A stretch of DNA of 64,000 nt from Trichosphaerium sp. ATCC 40318 (taxonomy: Eukaryota > Protista > Tubulinea): assembly GCA_038496445.1 (NCBI GenBank), contig JALMLS010000304.1, positions 186,001 through 250,000 of the forward strand. The letters are read 5' to 3'. The position numbers were made by a program, and so were the translations under genes. This document shows, one piece after another, positions 53,427 through 64,000 of this stretch. Within the stretch, counting starts at the first letter, position 1. The number at the start of each line of letters is the position of its first letter. Under the pieces are notes generated by a model. That model did not search any database, was not told the origin of the DNA, and saw nothing but the letters and a program-made list of their open reading frames with translations.

Positions 53427-56400
53427 TTACAGTCGTGTGGAGCATTCGTTTTTGCTACAAATTGTACATTTTGAAGGTCTTGTTTTGTATTTGTAAATTA
53501 CCATAGGCACTTCAAGATCTTCATCATCAAGAGATGCAACAACATTCAAATCAATGAAGTTTTGCGATGGTAAAAACTTGTATTTATGATATAGAACATC
53601 TTGAACCAATACGTCCATAAAGTTCTGTCTGTTACCAAAACACATGTAAAGTAATATTGTGGAATAACCAATAAGCTAAAAAAAAAGAATAAGAACCAAA
53701 CGGGTTAAAAATAAACAAACTTTTGAATAAAGTTTTGGGTTATCGTTAAGTAGTATTGACAAGTTATGCTCGCTTGGATATAACCCTTTAGTGATAATTT
53801 ACGTAAATTAGACAGTATAATACAAAAGCATTCAGTTCATTGCTGTAAATGAAAACAGTAAAAACCCTCAAATAGACTTTAAATCGTACCTCTACAGAGC
53901 AATTGTGGTACTTTTTAGAAACAAGAGATAAAAATTGTTCTATAGTCAAATCTCCTTCATCTATGATAAGTTTATCCCAAGTAGTAATTGGAGGTATACT
54001 CGGAGCACTTGATTCCTATATAACAATTATGAAATGAATGTTGACGGAGGTATATATACCAGTTTCTTTGGTTCTGCTGCTTCGAATTGCATAAAAAGGT
54101 TATTTTTTGTAATGATATTATGGTCATTAGGAAGACTAGAATTATTTCCAAGTATTTCATAAACACCCATGGCCATGAGACCCTACTATATATTAACAAT
54201 ACTAAACGACACAAATTCAAAAGAAAGTTCTTGAGCTTAAGAAAAAAACGAACATGATGAATGAGTAGTGTACTTTTGAGAGCAAAGAACACTCTTTTAA
54301 AATTTGAGGTTTGAAAAAAAAGAAGGAAAACAAAAGAGACGTACAGCAACGATAGAAATAGTAGCAGGCATACTTGGTTTAGTGTTTGTTAAATACCTCT
54401 CTGCACGTAATTTATCATAGCTTTTATACCTTATGTTCTCTACTTTAAAGTCACCAGCTCTTCTAGAAAACTCTGTTTCAAGGCTACCAAGATTGAATGT
54501 ATTATCTAGTTTGTTAATACAAACATTATTCAAACAAAATTCTTTAATACTCTTCAATAGATTATCTCTGATTATTTTTGTTGCGTCACTCAACATTTGT
54601 TTAGCATCCATGGAAGCAATCTCATCTTCAGATTTATCACACTTAAAGTCATCCTCAGAGAGATTCGTGGCTCTATTGTGCGCATACGGTCGTAACGTTG
54701 TTGATCTTAGAACAACCAAGAAGTCTTCAAACGAGTCGACTGGAGGAATATTATATGCCTTTGCATAGAGGTTACTTGTAACGTGAAGAAATCGTTGGTG
54801 AGTCTCAAGAGATAATGATAATTCCAAAGCAACAGGTAATCGTTTAGAACCAGACCAAAAAGGTTGACCTACAACGAATCATTAGCTTATTGAAAACGAA
54901 CTAGAGTTTGACAAATAAGAGGGTTGTAAGTACCATCAGCTGATTTGTACGATGGAGGGAAATGATGGTGTAATACTTTTACACTGAAGTCAAAATTATA
55001 AACAAAAAAATCTGCAGCATGTTGTATGCAATCGCTAAATGATTTTGTGTAATACGCTGTACGAATCAAGTTTTCTATTCTTTCTATTTCGGTGAGCCTC
55101 TGGCTGTGTGAATCAGGGTCCTATAATAAGAGAATTACAACTCAAGTACATACTAACGGTGAAGAGCTAGCTATGGTTGAAAAAAAAACTCACTTTGTCT
55201 ATATTTTTCATTAATTCTTGTGCGTCTTGAATCTCATTAACAAATATCTTTGTATATTCACCTTTCATATGTGCATAGCATTGAGAAGGTTTGGAAGCCC
55301 ATCCGTGCTTTGAAATCTCCATAGGTTCTTCAGTTTTTACAATATCTAAACCACTACATGTTTTGAATGGAATTAAAACCTACAAACAAAATCATAAGTC
55401 TTGAACTTGTACGCTTATTCTATATCTTTCTGGTCCTAAAAAAGAAGCTGCCGTACACCAGTGAATCCCCTGAAGCTACGAGAACCTCCTTCAATGACAG
55501 GCTTTTCCCAAAGTATGGATTTTTCGTATAAATAGCGATGTCCTTGGCTATAAAGAATGAAAGAGTTATTACTTTTCTTTCGTTTATCGTTCTTTTAGTA
55601 CCGTGTATGAGGAGCAAACAATATTGTTGCTTCTTTGTAGACTAAGTGGTCGTCTAAAATATTATTCTGGTCTCTAGATGAACTGCGACCAACCACAGCG
55701 TCATGGAATTCAACAGAGATATCCTTGTTTATCATCGATATTCCTTTTAAAGCAACAAGGCCTTTTTTAGAAGAAAGAGAAGATTCCGTTGCAAATCTAT
55801 GTGTAGCAATATCACTTTGCGAAATACAAGCGTTATCTATCACTGATAGTGATCCACCATTTGCTCCAAACCCCATGAGCGCTAGATCTAACATAATGTT
55901 TGAGAGCAGGTACAAAAATGTTTCGCGTACTTTGAAGGAGAGCATTTGAAAGTCCTCCACAACCGCCCATTACGCCCTTCTGCTTTCCAATTGTATGTAT
56001 CATATTTTCTCCAAATATACATATTTGATGGTCGTGTCGGCATCCGGTGGGCGTTGTATTTCCTCTATCTTTGACAGAAGGAAGCAAGTAAAAAAAATCT
56101 CCATGCAGCCACTGATTAAGTGGTTCATGTAGCCCAGATATCTTTGTAACTTCTGAAGCTAGTATACCACCAACAACAGAACCTTTTTAAATCTTTTAGC
56201 TTCAACTTAATAAAATACACTTCAAAGAACGCACAGATTCCAGGAAGCTCACACTTTAAGTAAGAAAACATTTTTTTAATTGTATCTTCCAACACATCCT
56301 CAAGTCCAATAAGATCCTGGGGTTTCTCCATGGATTCATTGTATTCATTTGCTAATAAGATACATTCTACAACAAAAGGTAAGACATTCTTAGCATAGTC

Positions 56401-57890
56401 TCAAGAGATTGTTCTTTCTCTTTTTTTTACCTTTGAAATCCTTTGAAGAGGCAATGTTCGGATCCTTGTTGTGCTTTGCCCTAAACAGCCACAATGCCAT
56501 TAAACTTATATGTAAGTTCGTAAGCCTTCCATTGAATTGATTAATTATTCCAAGACAGGATAGACAATCAAACTTTTTAGCACTATCCTACAGTAGGTGT
56601 AAGTATCCATGCCATTACAAAAGTTATTTCCAATCACTCGTTTCAAACTACAACAACTGCAAGACGTACAACAAGACTGAGGTGCGATATTTGTTTTGGC
56701 AGGTCTACAGTAGTTACAACACCCTCTGTAGCAAGTAAAGGCCATTCCTATTATAATCTTAACATCAAGTCATCAATCAAACGATTAATACCTTGGCTTG
56801 CGCATAACCAACTGAAAAATAGAATTTTGTAGCACATCGTCGCCTTGATTTCGGATCCGCTACTAACGAGAAAAGTCTAACGCTAACATGTCCAATACCC
56901 TCAAGTTGAGGTATCATAGATACCCCACTAAATACTACTTTTGCACCTTCTTCGAATCTGTGTCTCGTAACAGAGCTTACGCAATATTCAATGACACCAA
57001 ATTGCTCTTCATATTTTCCAGCAATTTGCGAAATAACTACTTCCTCAATTTCTGTTCCTATGGCGTGTGTATTAAGTTAGTAAGCGAAATATTTGTATCT
57101 CCAAAGTTAAACCTGTCTCGTTGATAAGATGGTTTGGTCCAAAATCGGAAAACACGTGAAAGCTGAGCTAAAAAAATGATGAGAAAACTGTTCTCGAGTT
57201 TCCAAAAAAAAAACTAACACCGAAATTAGCTGCCAACAGGAACACGACTGGTTTCTTTTCACCCATGCCATACTCATCAATAACAATCCTATCTCTACAC
57301 CACGAATTCCATTGTTTCAAAGCTATAGAATCTCAACACTAAGTCATAATCAATACGTACTCTTCAAAGGTATATCTATTGTAACAACGAGTGCATCATA
57401 TTGTTGTAGTGCGTCCTCTGTTATTGGTTTGCTTCTAGCATCAACTTTCGTATCTGTTCTAAACTCTCCAAGGCTTCTTGCGCACGTTGGCCCTCTAGGA
57501 AGTGTTAATCTTGCATATGAAGACAGAAGCTCTTATTCACCGAATTCCACCAACGTCTTTTTCTGTGATGAATGAATTAGCTCCAATGTCGCTAATTACG
57601 ATCTCTTCATTATCAAAAAGCGTCAAGCGCCGTATACCAGACAATACAAGGTTTTTGGCTGTTTCAACACCAACACCTTTACATTGTATCAGCGGCGTGT
57701 TTTTCTACATTTATGACGGCCAATGAGTACCTTTTGCTCCTATAACCAACACATTTAACTTTTGAAGCCTAATCAACGCATCCCCGCCACAAGCACATAC
57801 TAGACGCGCGTATTTGGTGTAAAACTAAATAAAAGTTACCAAAAGGTACAAAAAAGATGCCAATCCTACCTTAGGCGGGATCTCCGACAT
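53427..57890 (-). CDS. UBA1/UBA6-like E1 paralog, probably catalytically inactive
   Basis: LNVLVIGAKGVGVETAKNLVLSG, GGILASEVIK, WLHGDFF, PFWSGSKRLP, HVTSNLYAKAYNIP, C-terminal UFD (DDEDLEVP); the active-site motifs are degenerate. Confidence 0.82.
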
Positions 57891-58219
57891 TGCGTGTTAA
57901 CAGACCAACGAAAACCAGCTTCTGAAACATTAAGGCAAGTGCGTTTTCGGTCCAGACTATCTCACAAAAAAAAATGCTCTTTTCAGTTCCGAATTAACAA
58001 CGGAGTTCCAGCTCGTATACAACTTAATGGACATACATGAAACAGGTTCTAGACTCTACCAAGCAAGAAACTACGACACCTGCAAGTACATTGTTCTCGT
58101 TTCTTTGCATTCTTAGGGTAGTGACATGGCAAGCTCACATTGTTTTTTTTCCTGATTATGCACGAACTAATTTCTCCGGAAATACCCAAACATACGGGAG
58201 TTATTGACAATAAATATCC

Positions 58220-60370
58220 ATGACACTAACAACTCTTCTTGTACTGTTTTGTTGCTTTGCAGTGGTCATTCTAAAGCCGTTCAAATACGATCCTACGAAC
58301 TCTTCAATTAATCACGTGCATAAAGCTCTAACAAGCGGAGCGTCATGTCAGAGTACGGATAATTAATTATTGACAACTTTTCTCTGTTTTTCTCACCTTA
58401 CCAGTTTAAAACACGTGTTTTTAGCTATTATTTCCCAACATCTTGAGATTATTTACCAAAATGATGACAAAAACAAGTACCTTCATGCCATGATACGCGT
58501 CAATGAAAACGCTCTAAAGTGAGATACATAATGTTACTTGGTTTTAACCTAAACAAGGCAAGCGGCGCTACTTGATTCTATGCGCTACAAAGGACGAAGC
58601 GATGCTGATATTATAGCAGATCAACCACTCTTTTGCGTTCCATCAATTGTCAAAGATAACTACGACTTTGTAGGTGCGTGACACATTGTATACTTGCAAC
58701 ACTTTTTTCTAACTCATCAATCAGGTATGCCGACATCTGCTGGTTCAATAGCTCTTAACAATTCATACCCAATAACAAACTCGCATTCTGTTGCAGTGCT
58801 TCTTAATAATGGTAAACCACAAACCTCACGTGTAGCATCTAATTCTTTGTGAAAGGAGCTGTGATACTTGGTAAAGCTAACATGGCTGAATTCGCTACAT
58901 TCGGAACAAACACTATGAGGTACACCGCATTTGTATGCTCAAAAAAGTAGTTAACATCTTCAAGCTCTCTTGGTGGTCAGACCTTGAATTTCTTCAGGCC
59001 TAGCCATACTCCTTATGGTTCTAGTGGAGGAAGTGCAACTGCGTCTGCGGCTGGCTACGCTGTTATTGCCCTTGGAACTGGTGAGAACGATCAGCTCGGC
59101 CACGCTGATTTTTTCAATAGATACAAGTGGTTCTATCCAACTACCTTCAAGCGCTGCTTCTCTGGTTGGTATACGGTCTACTCTTGGATTAGTATCTATT
59201 AAAGGTATTGCTCCATTAAACGTTTATCGAGACGTATCTGGACCACTTTGCAAAACTGTTCTAGATGCCGCAAAAGCTCTTCAAGTACGTCAATGATGTA
59301 TATTATTACTTTTTATTCGTACACTAAACAACTCTTTGTAGGTAATGGTTGACCCGTCACAGTCCTCAAAGGGTCCTCAAAACTATGTCGATTATGTGTC
59401 AAAGTTAGGACTACAAGGTGCTCGACTAGCATTTGGTAATGGAACTTTACAGTACATTGTTTCTCCAGAGATAACAATGATACCGGATAAACAGGTATTA
59501 CAAAAACAACTTCGTAGTTTCTAACACAAACATAAGGTCGTTTCTATGGTTGAAAATGTATTGAATACAATGGTATCAGGTGGTGCCACTGTAATAAGTT
59601 CAAATGTATTTTCAGAGCTTTTTCTTATGATGAGCTCTGGTACTGATGAAGGCACATGCTTTCCAAAGGTAAAAATTACTTTCTGAAACATTTTATTAAG
59701 ACTTGCTTTCTTAGCAATTTAAATACTTCTTTAATGAGTACCTATCGCGATTGTCACCAAATGCTCCAATGAAAACACTTAGTGATATCGTGGCATCAGG
59801 TGCGGCACAGAAAAACAGTTTGCAAACGAAGCACTAGCTAACACATATCTTTAAAACTATAGGAAAGTACTTGCATCGTTATGGTGTAGATGACCTTTTG
59901 AAGTCCGCTGCAGACTCTAATACTACCACTGATCCATCAAAAGATAAAGATTGTTCAGCATTCGTTGCTCTGAAAGAAAAAGCTGCAAATGTAAGCCACC
60001 TAATTTGATTGTTTACATTTGTGACAAGTTGCTCTAGTTTTTGGAATCACAAATGGACAAGCTTAATATTTCAGCTTTTATTTATCCTCCGGCAAACCAA
60101 AGACCATTTTACTTGTCAGAAACACTTCCTCCACCAAAAGGTACTCACACCTACTTTTGAAAATCACGTGCAAGATTTTATTTAATTGTATACTTTTTAG
60201 GATGGTTTCCATTTGTTGAGGTATCTGCATTTACTGGACTTCCTGCTATCACAGTACCGATTGGATTTATTGAAGAACTTCCATTTGGTTTGAATATAAT
60301 AGGTCGTAGATACCAAGAGGCAGAGCTTATTAAAATAGCTTCCGGATTAGAAGCAGCCCTAAATATCTAA
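58220..60370 (+). CDS. Amidase-signature family protein with signal peptide
   Basis: IVKDNYD, ILGKANMAEFA, GSSGGSA, LGTDTSGSIQLP, GLPAITVPIG; hydrophobic N-terminus. Confidence 0.9.
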
Positions 60371-60414
60371 TAATAAATATATTTTTCTATCTTGTTTGTC
60401 TATTGCTAGAGGTG

Positions 60415-60564
60415 TTACATGTTAAGGGTTACAAGGTAGTGTGGGTATACCCTGCTGTTATCAAACAAAGCATATATTCTCCCTTTTGAAGACTCCATGC
60501 TACACGAATCACATCGAGTAATCCCAACACGTTCAAGGGTACCAGTTCGATTAACCACGCCAAT
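60415..60564 (-). pseudogene. Isolated C-terminal fragment of the PARP/ART domain (third copy)
   Basis: Translates IGVVNRTGTLERVGITRCDSCSMESSKGRIYALFDNSRVYPHYLVTLNM*, homologous to the last exon of both PARP genes. No FHGT exon found upstream. Confidence 0.7.
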
Positions 60565-61251
60565 ATTGAGTTAATTCTTCGTTAGTGTGAGAACTTCCAA
60601 GGTGCCAGCAACATCTACTACATTCATCAGCCATACAACTCTGCGCAAGCTTTGTGATATTTTGGCTTCACGAACTTGGTGTACTACTCAATTCTAGTTA
60701 TGTCTCTAAAAGCTACGACTACGTGACCAGTGTCAATGGTAACAAAGAAGTTGGCACTGCCCAACGAGAAGACATTGATGGTAACGCTTGTATTCGCTAG
60801 GTGGCGATCTGCGCTCTCGTAAATGACGGCAAAAAAGAAAGTAGCCTACTTAATGAAGCTAGCGCGTAGTTGTACTTGTTACATTACATACCTTGCTAGC
60901 AAGAGTAGTTAAATGTGAGATTATTTTTTGTACCATTTACAACAATTTGCTCAAACAATAAATCCATTCGCAAGTAATTGACAATAGCACACAGGGCAAG
61001 GTTGCAAATGGATTCTAATTTCGTTTTGGTTTTTGTAAGAAAAAAAATGTGCACATTTTGTTATTATACCTGCCGGATAATGTTTACCCGTTTCTGTTTT
61101 TAGGTCTATAAAATTGAAAAATACCATATCCGTGGCGTGAGCTCCTGGCGAAGGCCTTAGAGGTATTGTTTTGTACTACACCATAAACAACTATTATTGG
61201 ACTCCATCTCAACTGCAGGCACTGTCACAAAAAGACTATAAATTGCAGAAA

Positions 61252-61873
61252 ATGGATCAAAATGATATTGAACAACCGTACAACCCAAATATAATACAAC
61301 ACCCACTTCAAATGGAAGACGAGGTAACAGATACAGTTGTAAATCAAGAACAACCGTACAATCCGAACATAATACAACCTCCACTTCAAACGGAAAACAA
61401 AACAACAGACACAAAAGCTAATGACACAGACGATTCTAAACCAACTAAAGTGTGCGTGATTTTCTTTATGTACTTGTCTTGTCGACGGCAGTTAACAAAA
61501 AAGTTAACTCGCCCAGATTTTGATTATACAAGTGCAAAATAAGTACTAATAATTTCTAAGAAAACTGGAGGGTCACGAGAGAAAAGATAGAAAAATGGCA
61601 TTGTGCTTGTACGTCATCTAGTATCACCTATTTTTGTACAGTTTTGCTGACGTACCAACAAGATTTGTTCTTGGGATTTTTTTTTGCTTTCCATGGTGTG
61701 CTGCTGCCATGTTTATCACTTCCAAAGATATGTTGACGAGGTATGATTCATAGGTTTTTTGCATTATTAATCCCTTTTTTAGAGTTTTTGGCATCATATC
61801 TCTTATCTTGCTTGTGCTTGAAACAATTGGAACAATTGTTTTTCTTTGTCTATTGTTTTTTGTGTGGTCTTGA
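61252..61873 (+). CDS. Small membrane protein with duplicated EQPYNPNIIQxPLQ N-terminal repeat
   Basis: Direct repeat 61270-61317 / 61348-61395; hydrophobic C-terminal exons RFVLGIFFCFPWCAAAMF and VFGIISLILLVLETIGTIVFLCLLFFVWS*. Confidence 0.55.
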
Positions 61874-62313
61874 ATGTCTGTTAGGTGCCTTGTCGCTGTA
61901 CCCATACTTGGATTGTACAAGATGCTTATGGTTGTATAGTGGTCTCAACATGGTGTACTCTGATTTCTGCAAAGTAAATACCTTTCCCACGAAGTCCATT
62001 ATTTGCAATGTGTTGTGCGTTTTTTTTAAAGAAGAGGCGAAAAAGTATGAGTTTTCTCGCCGAAAAGCGAAAACCTTGGCTCTAATGAAAATCGTCATTG
62101 GAATGTGATGTTCAAACCTAATTTCCAAATCAAAGCTTAACATTGTATGCCTCCTTAACAACTAAGAACTTTGCTAAATAGTTGAAAACTGAAAACTATT
62201 TTGTGTCACACAGCGCTTATTTGACTGATTATGACCGTTAACTAGTTCATCAAAATCATAAAAATTGGAACCTAACGGACGTAACAACAGTTCACGAACT
62301 ACCTAAAGAATAA

Positions 62314-63115
62314 ATGGATACCCTACCACCTGAGGCACTGACGCATATTCTGTGCTATTCAGACAGGAAGACGCTCATTTCAGCCTCTGGAGCTTGTAAC
62401 GTTATTAATGACATTATACGACAACGCATTGGGTTTAATAGTATCACGTTGAGAACGTCATCAGACTGTGCTATTCTTAAAGGAAGTCCATTGCTTAAAA
62501 ACACAAAAGTTGTTTACGCGTGTAAAACACCATCAGAAAACGACTTTAAATGTCTACGTGGTGTAAAAAATATATGTGCAAGCCATACACCTATTCCAGA
62601 TTCATGCATCCTTAGTCTAGTAAACGGAAGTCAAGAACCTATTCAAACTATAGATTTACGTTTTACGCGTGTAACTGATATCTCATTGAAGGCACTTAAA
62701 TGTACATACAATTAGTATAGCTGATTGTAATGTTACAATAGAAGGAATGAAAGCACTAAAAAATGTTAAAGACATAACGCTAAAGACTCCTCAAGATGTG
62801 TGGTTAAAACATCTTTGTAACGTTGATAAAATACATATTTACAATGATAGTGTGGCTATGGGGAAGTATGTAACAGATGAAGGGATCAAAGAATTGATTA
62901 ATGTCAAAGAACTTATCCTTCACTATTGTGCTGGATTAACAGATGAATGTTTCAAGAAACTTGTCAATCTAGAACACCTCACAATTTATCGTAATGAGTT
63001 GATTACAAATGATTGCTTGAAGTATATGAAGTCTTTAAAAACAATACGGATTTATTGGAAGACCCAGATTACACAAGAGGCTGTTGAAGCATTGGGTATA
63101 AAATGGATTATATAA
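62314..63115 (+). pseudogene. F-box-like + LRR paralog, intronless, frameshifted near 62700
   Basis: LPPEALTHIL F-box-like start and LRRs. KALK continues as VHTISIADC only in another frame. Confidence 0.7.
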
Positions 63116-63231
63116 ACATTATAGTTTTTCCTCTTTCTTTTGTAGACGGACTTATCTCTTCATTATTAATAAACGTCCGCGTGGCTTTAATACTTTCCTA
63201 CTCGATTAGCAAAACTATCCTCATAAGGACT

Positions 63232-64000
63232 TTATCTGAATGAGAGTACATTGCTGTGGGAGATATTTAATATCTGAACTGTGGTATCGTTTTATTACAG
63301 TATTTACACGTGTTGGGAAAAAATGAGTTCTATTCGTTTGCTGACCTAAAGTACAGCATATTACCCGTAGGTTCTTCTACTTCCATATCATCTGTATTAG
63401 AAGACTGCTTCTGAGCCAAGCGTTCCAAAAAGTCAGCACCAAACAACATCTTAGCTGTATTAAATGCAACTTTTTCTCCGATTATGTTATGTTCGAATTG
63501 ATCCACAGAGTCAAGTCTTACTGACGCCTGCTTTGCAATATCATTCTTCTTTCTGGCCATTTCCAATTTAAGAGATATAAGTGCATCCTAGGAACATATG
63601 AACAAAGAAGATCCAAGAACGAAAAACCAATCCCAGTTGTCGGGAGTAAAATTTTCTGTTTTTTTCAGAAATGAACAGGTTTAAAAAGGGTTGGTTTGTT
63701 ATATTACTTACCGGTAAAAGACGGGAAAATTGTTTGTAACTGTTTCTGCCAACAGTGTACCGTTGACATTTTGCATTTTCAGCACGTTTTAACGTAGCAA
63801 AAAATCTTGATTTTTGCTTTCCATTAACAACAAAAGTATAAGCATTACCAGCTTTACCTGCACGTGCAGTACGTCCCACCTATAATAAAATAAAACTCAT
63901 GTCATAATAAAACCTTTTAAAAGCAATCTAAATCAAAAGGTGACATACTCTGTGAACATATTGCTGTAAACTAAAAAGACCATTAGATGAATGAAGAATA
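63232..64000 (-). CDS. DEAD-box RNA helicase, C-terminal part (DDX51/Dbp6-like), truncated by the window edge
   Basis: Motif VI YVHRVGRTARAGKAG. The 3' end is uncertain. Confidence 0.75.

Overview
AT-rich (roughly one-third GC), very compact, intron-rich eukaryotic nuclear DNA in the standard genetic code. It is most likely a protist; a CRIB-STE20 kinase, a SYP7-type SNARE and a tyrosine-kinase-type kinase point to Amoebozoa, which is an inference. The ORF track is fragmented because most genes contain many ~40-250 nt introns, so I spliced the genes by eye and some exon boundaries are approximate. There are about 25 genes. Housekeeping and metabolic genes include IMP4, TRAPPC11, CENP-T, a SYP7 SNARE, an aquaporin, a nucleotide-sugar transporter, a NAT, a GH13, a 5-phosphatase, an amidase and a partial DEAD-box helicase. 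Highlights: (1) the palindrome CACGTG occurs at least 52 times (manual count, about 6 expected), mostly in introns and promoters, with spacings that suggest a ~160 bp period; (2) an ADP-ribosylation/ubiquitin island with two tandem PARP14-like RRM/KH-macro-WWE-ART genes (mosaic identity, one with a premature stop) between an intronless hypervariable F-box-LRR gene and an F-box-SPRY gene, plus a third ART fragment near a second F-box-LRR; (3) a WWE-TDP2 fusion; (4) a full-length UBA1-like E1 that lacks the catalytic Cys and ATP-binding motifs; (5) a PH-tyrosine kinase with about 10 EYGxLP repeats and a Kelch-CRIB-STE20 kinase with five GTM repeats; (6) frequent GC-AG introns and an apparent intron gain in a tandem duplicate. 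I recognised no tRNA, rRNA or CRISPR array.
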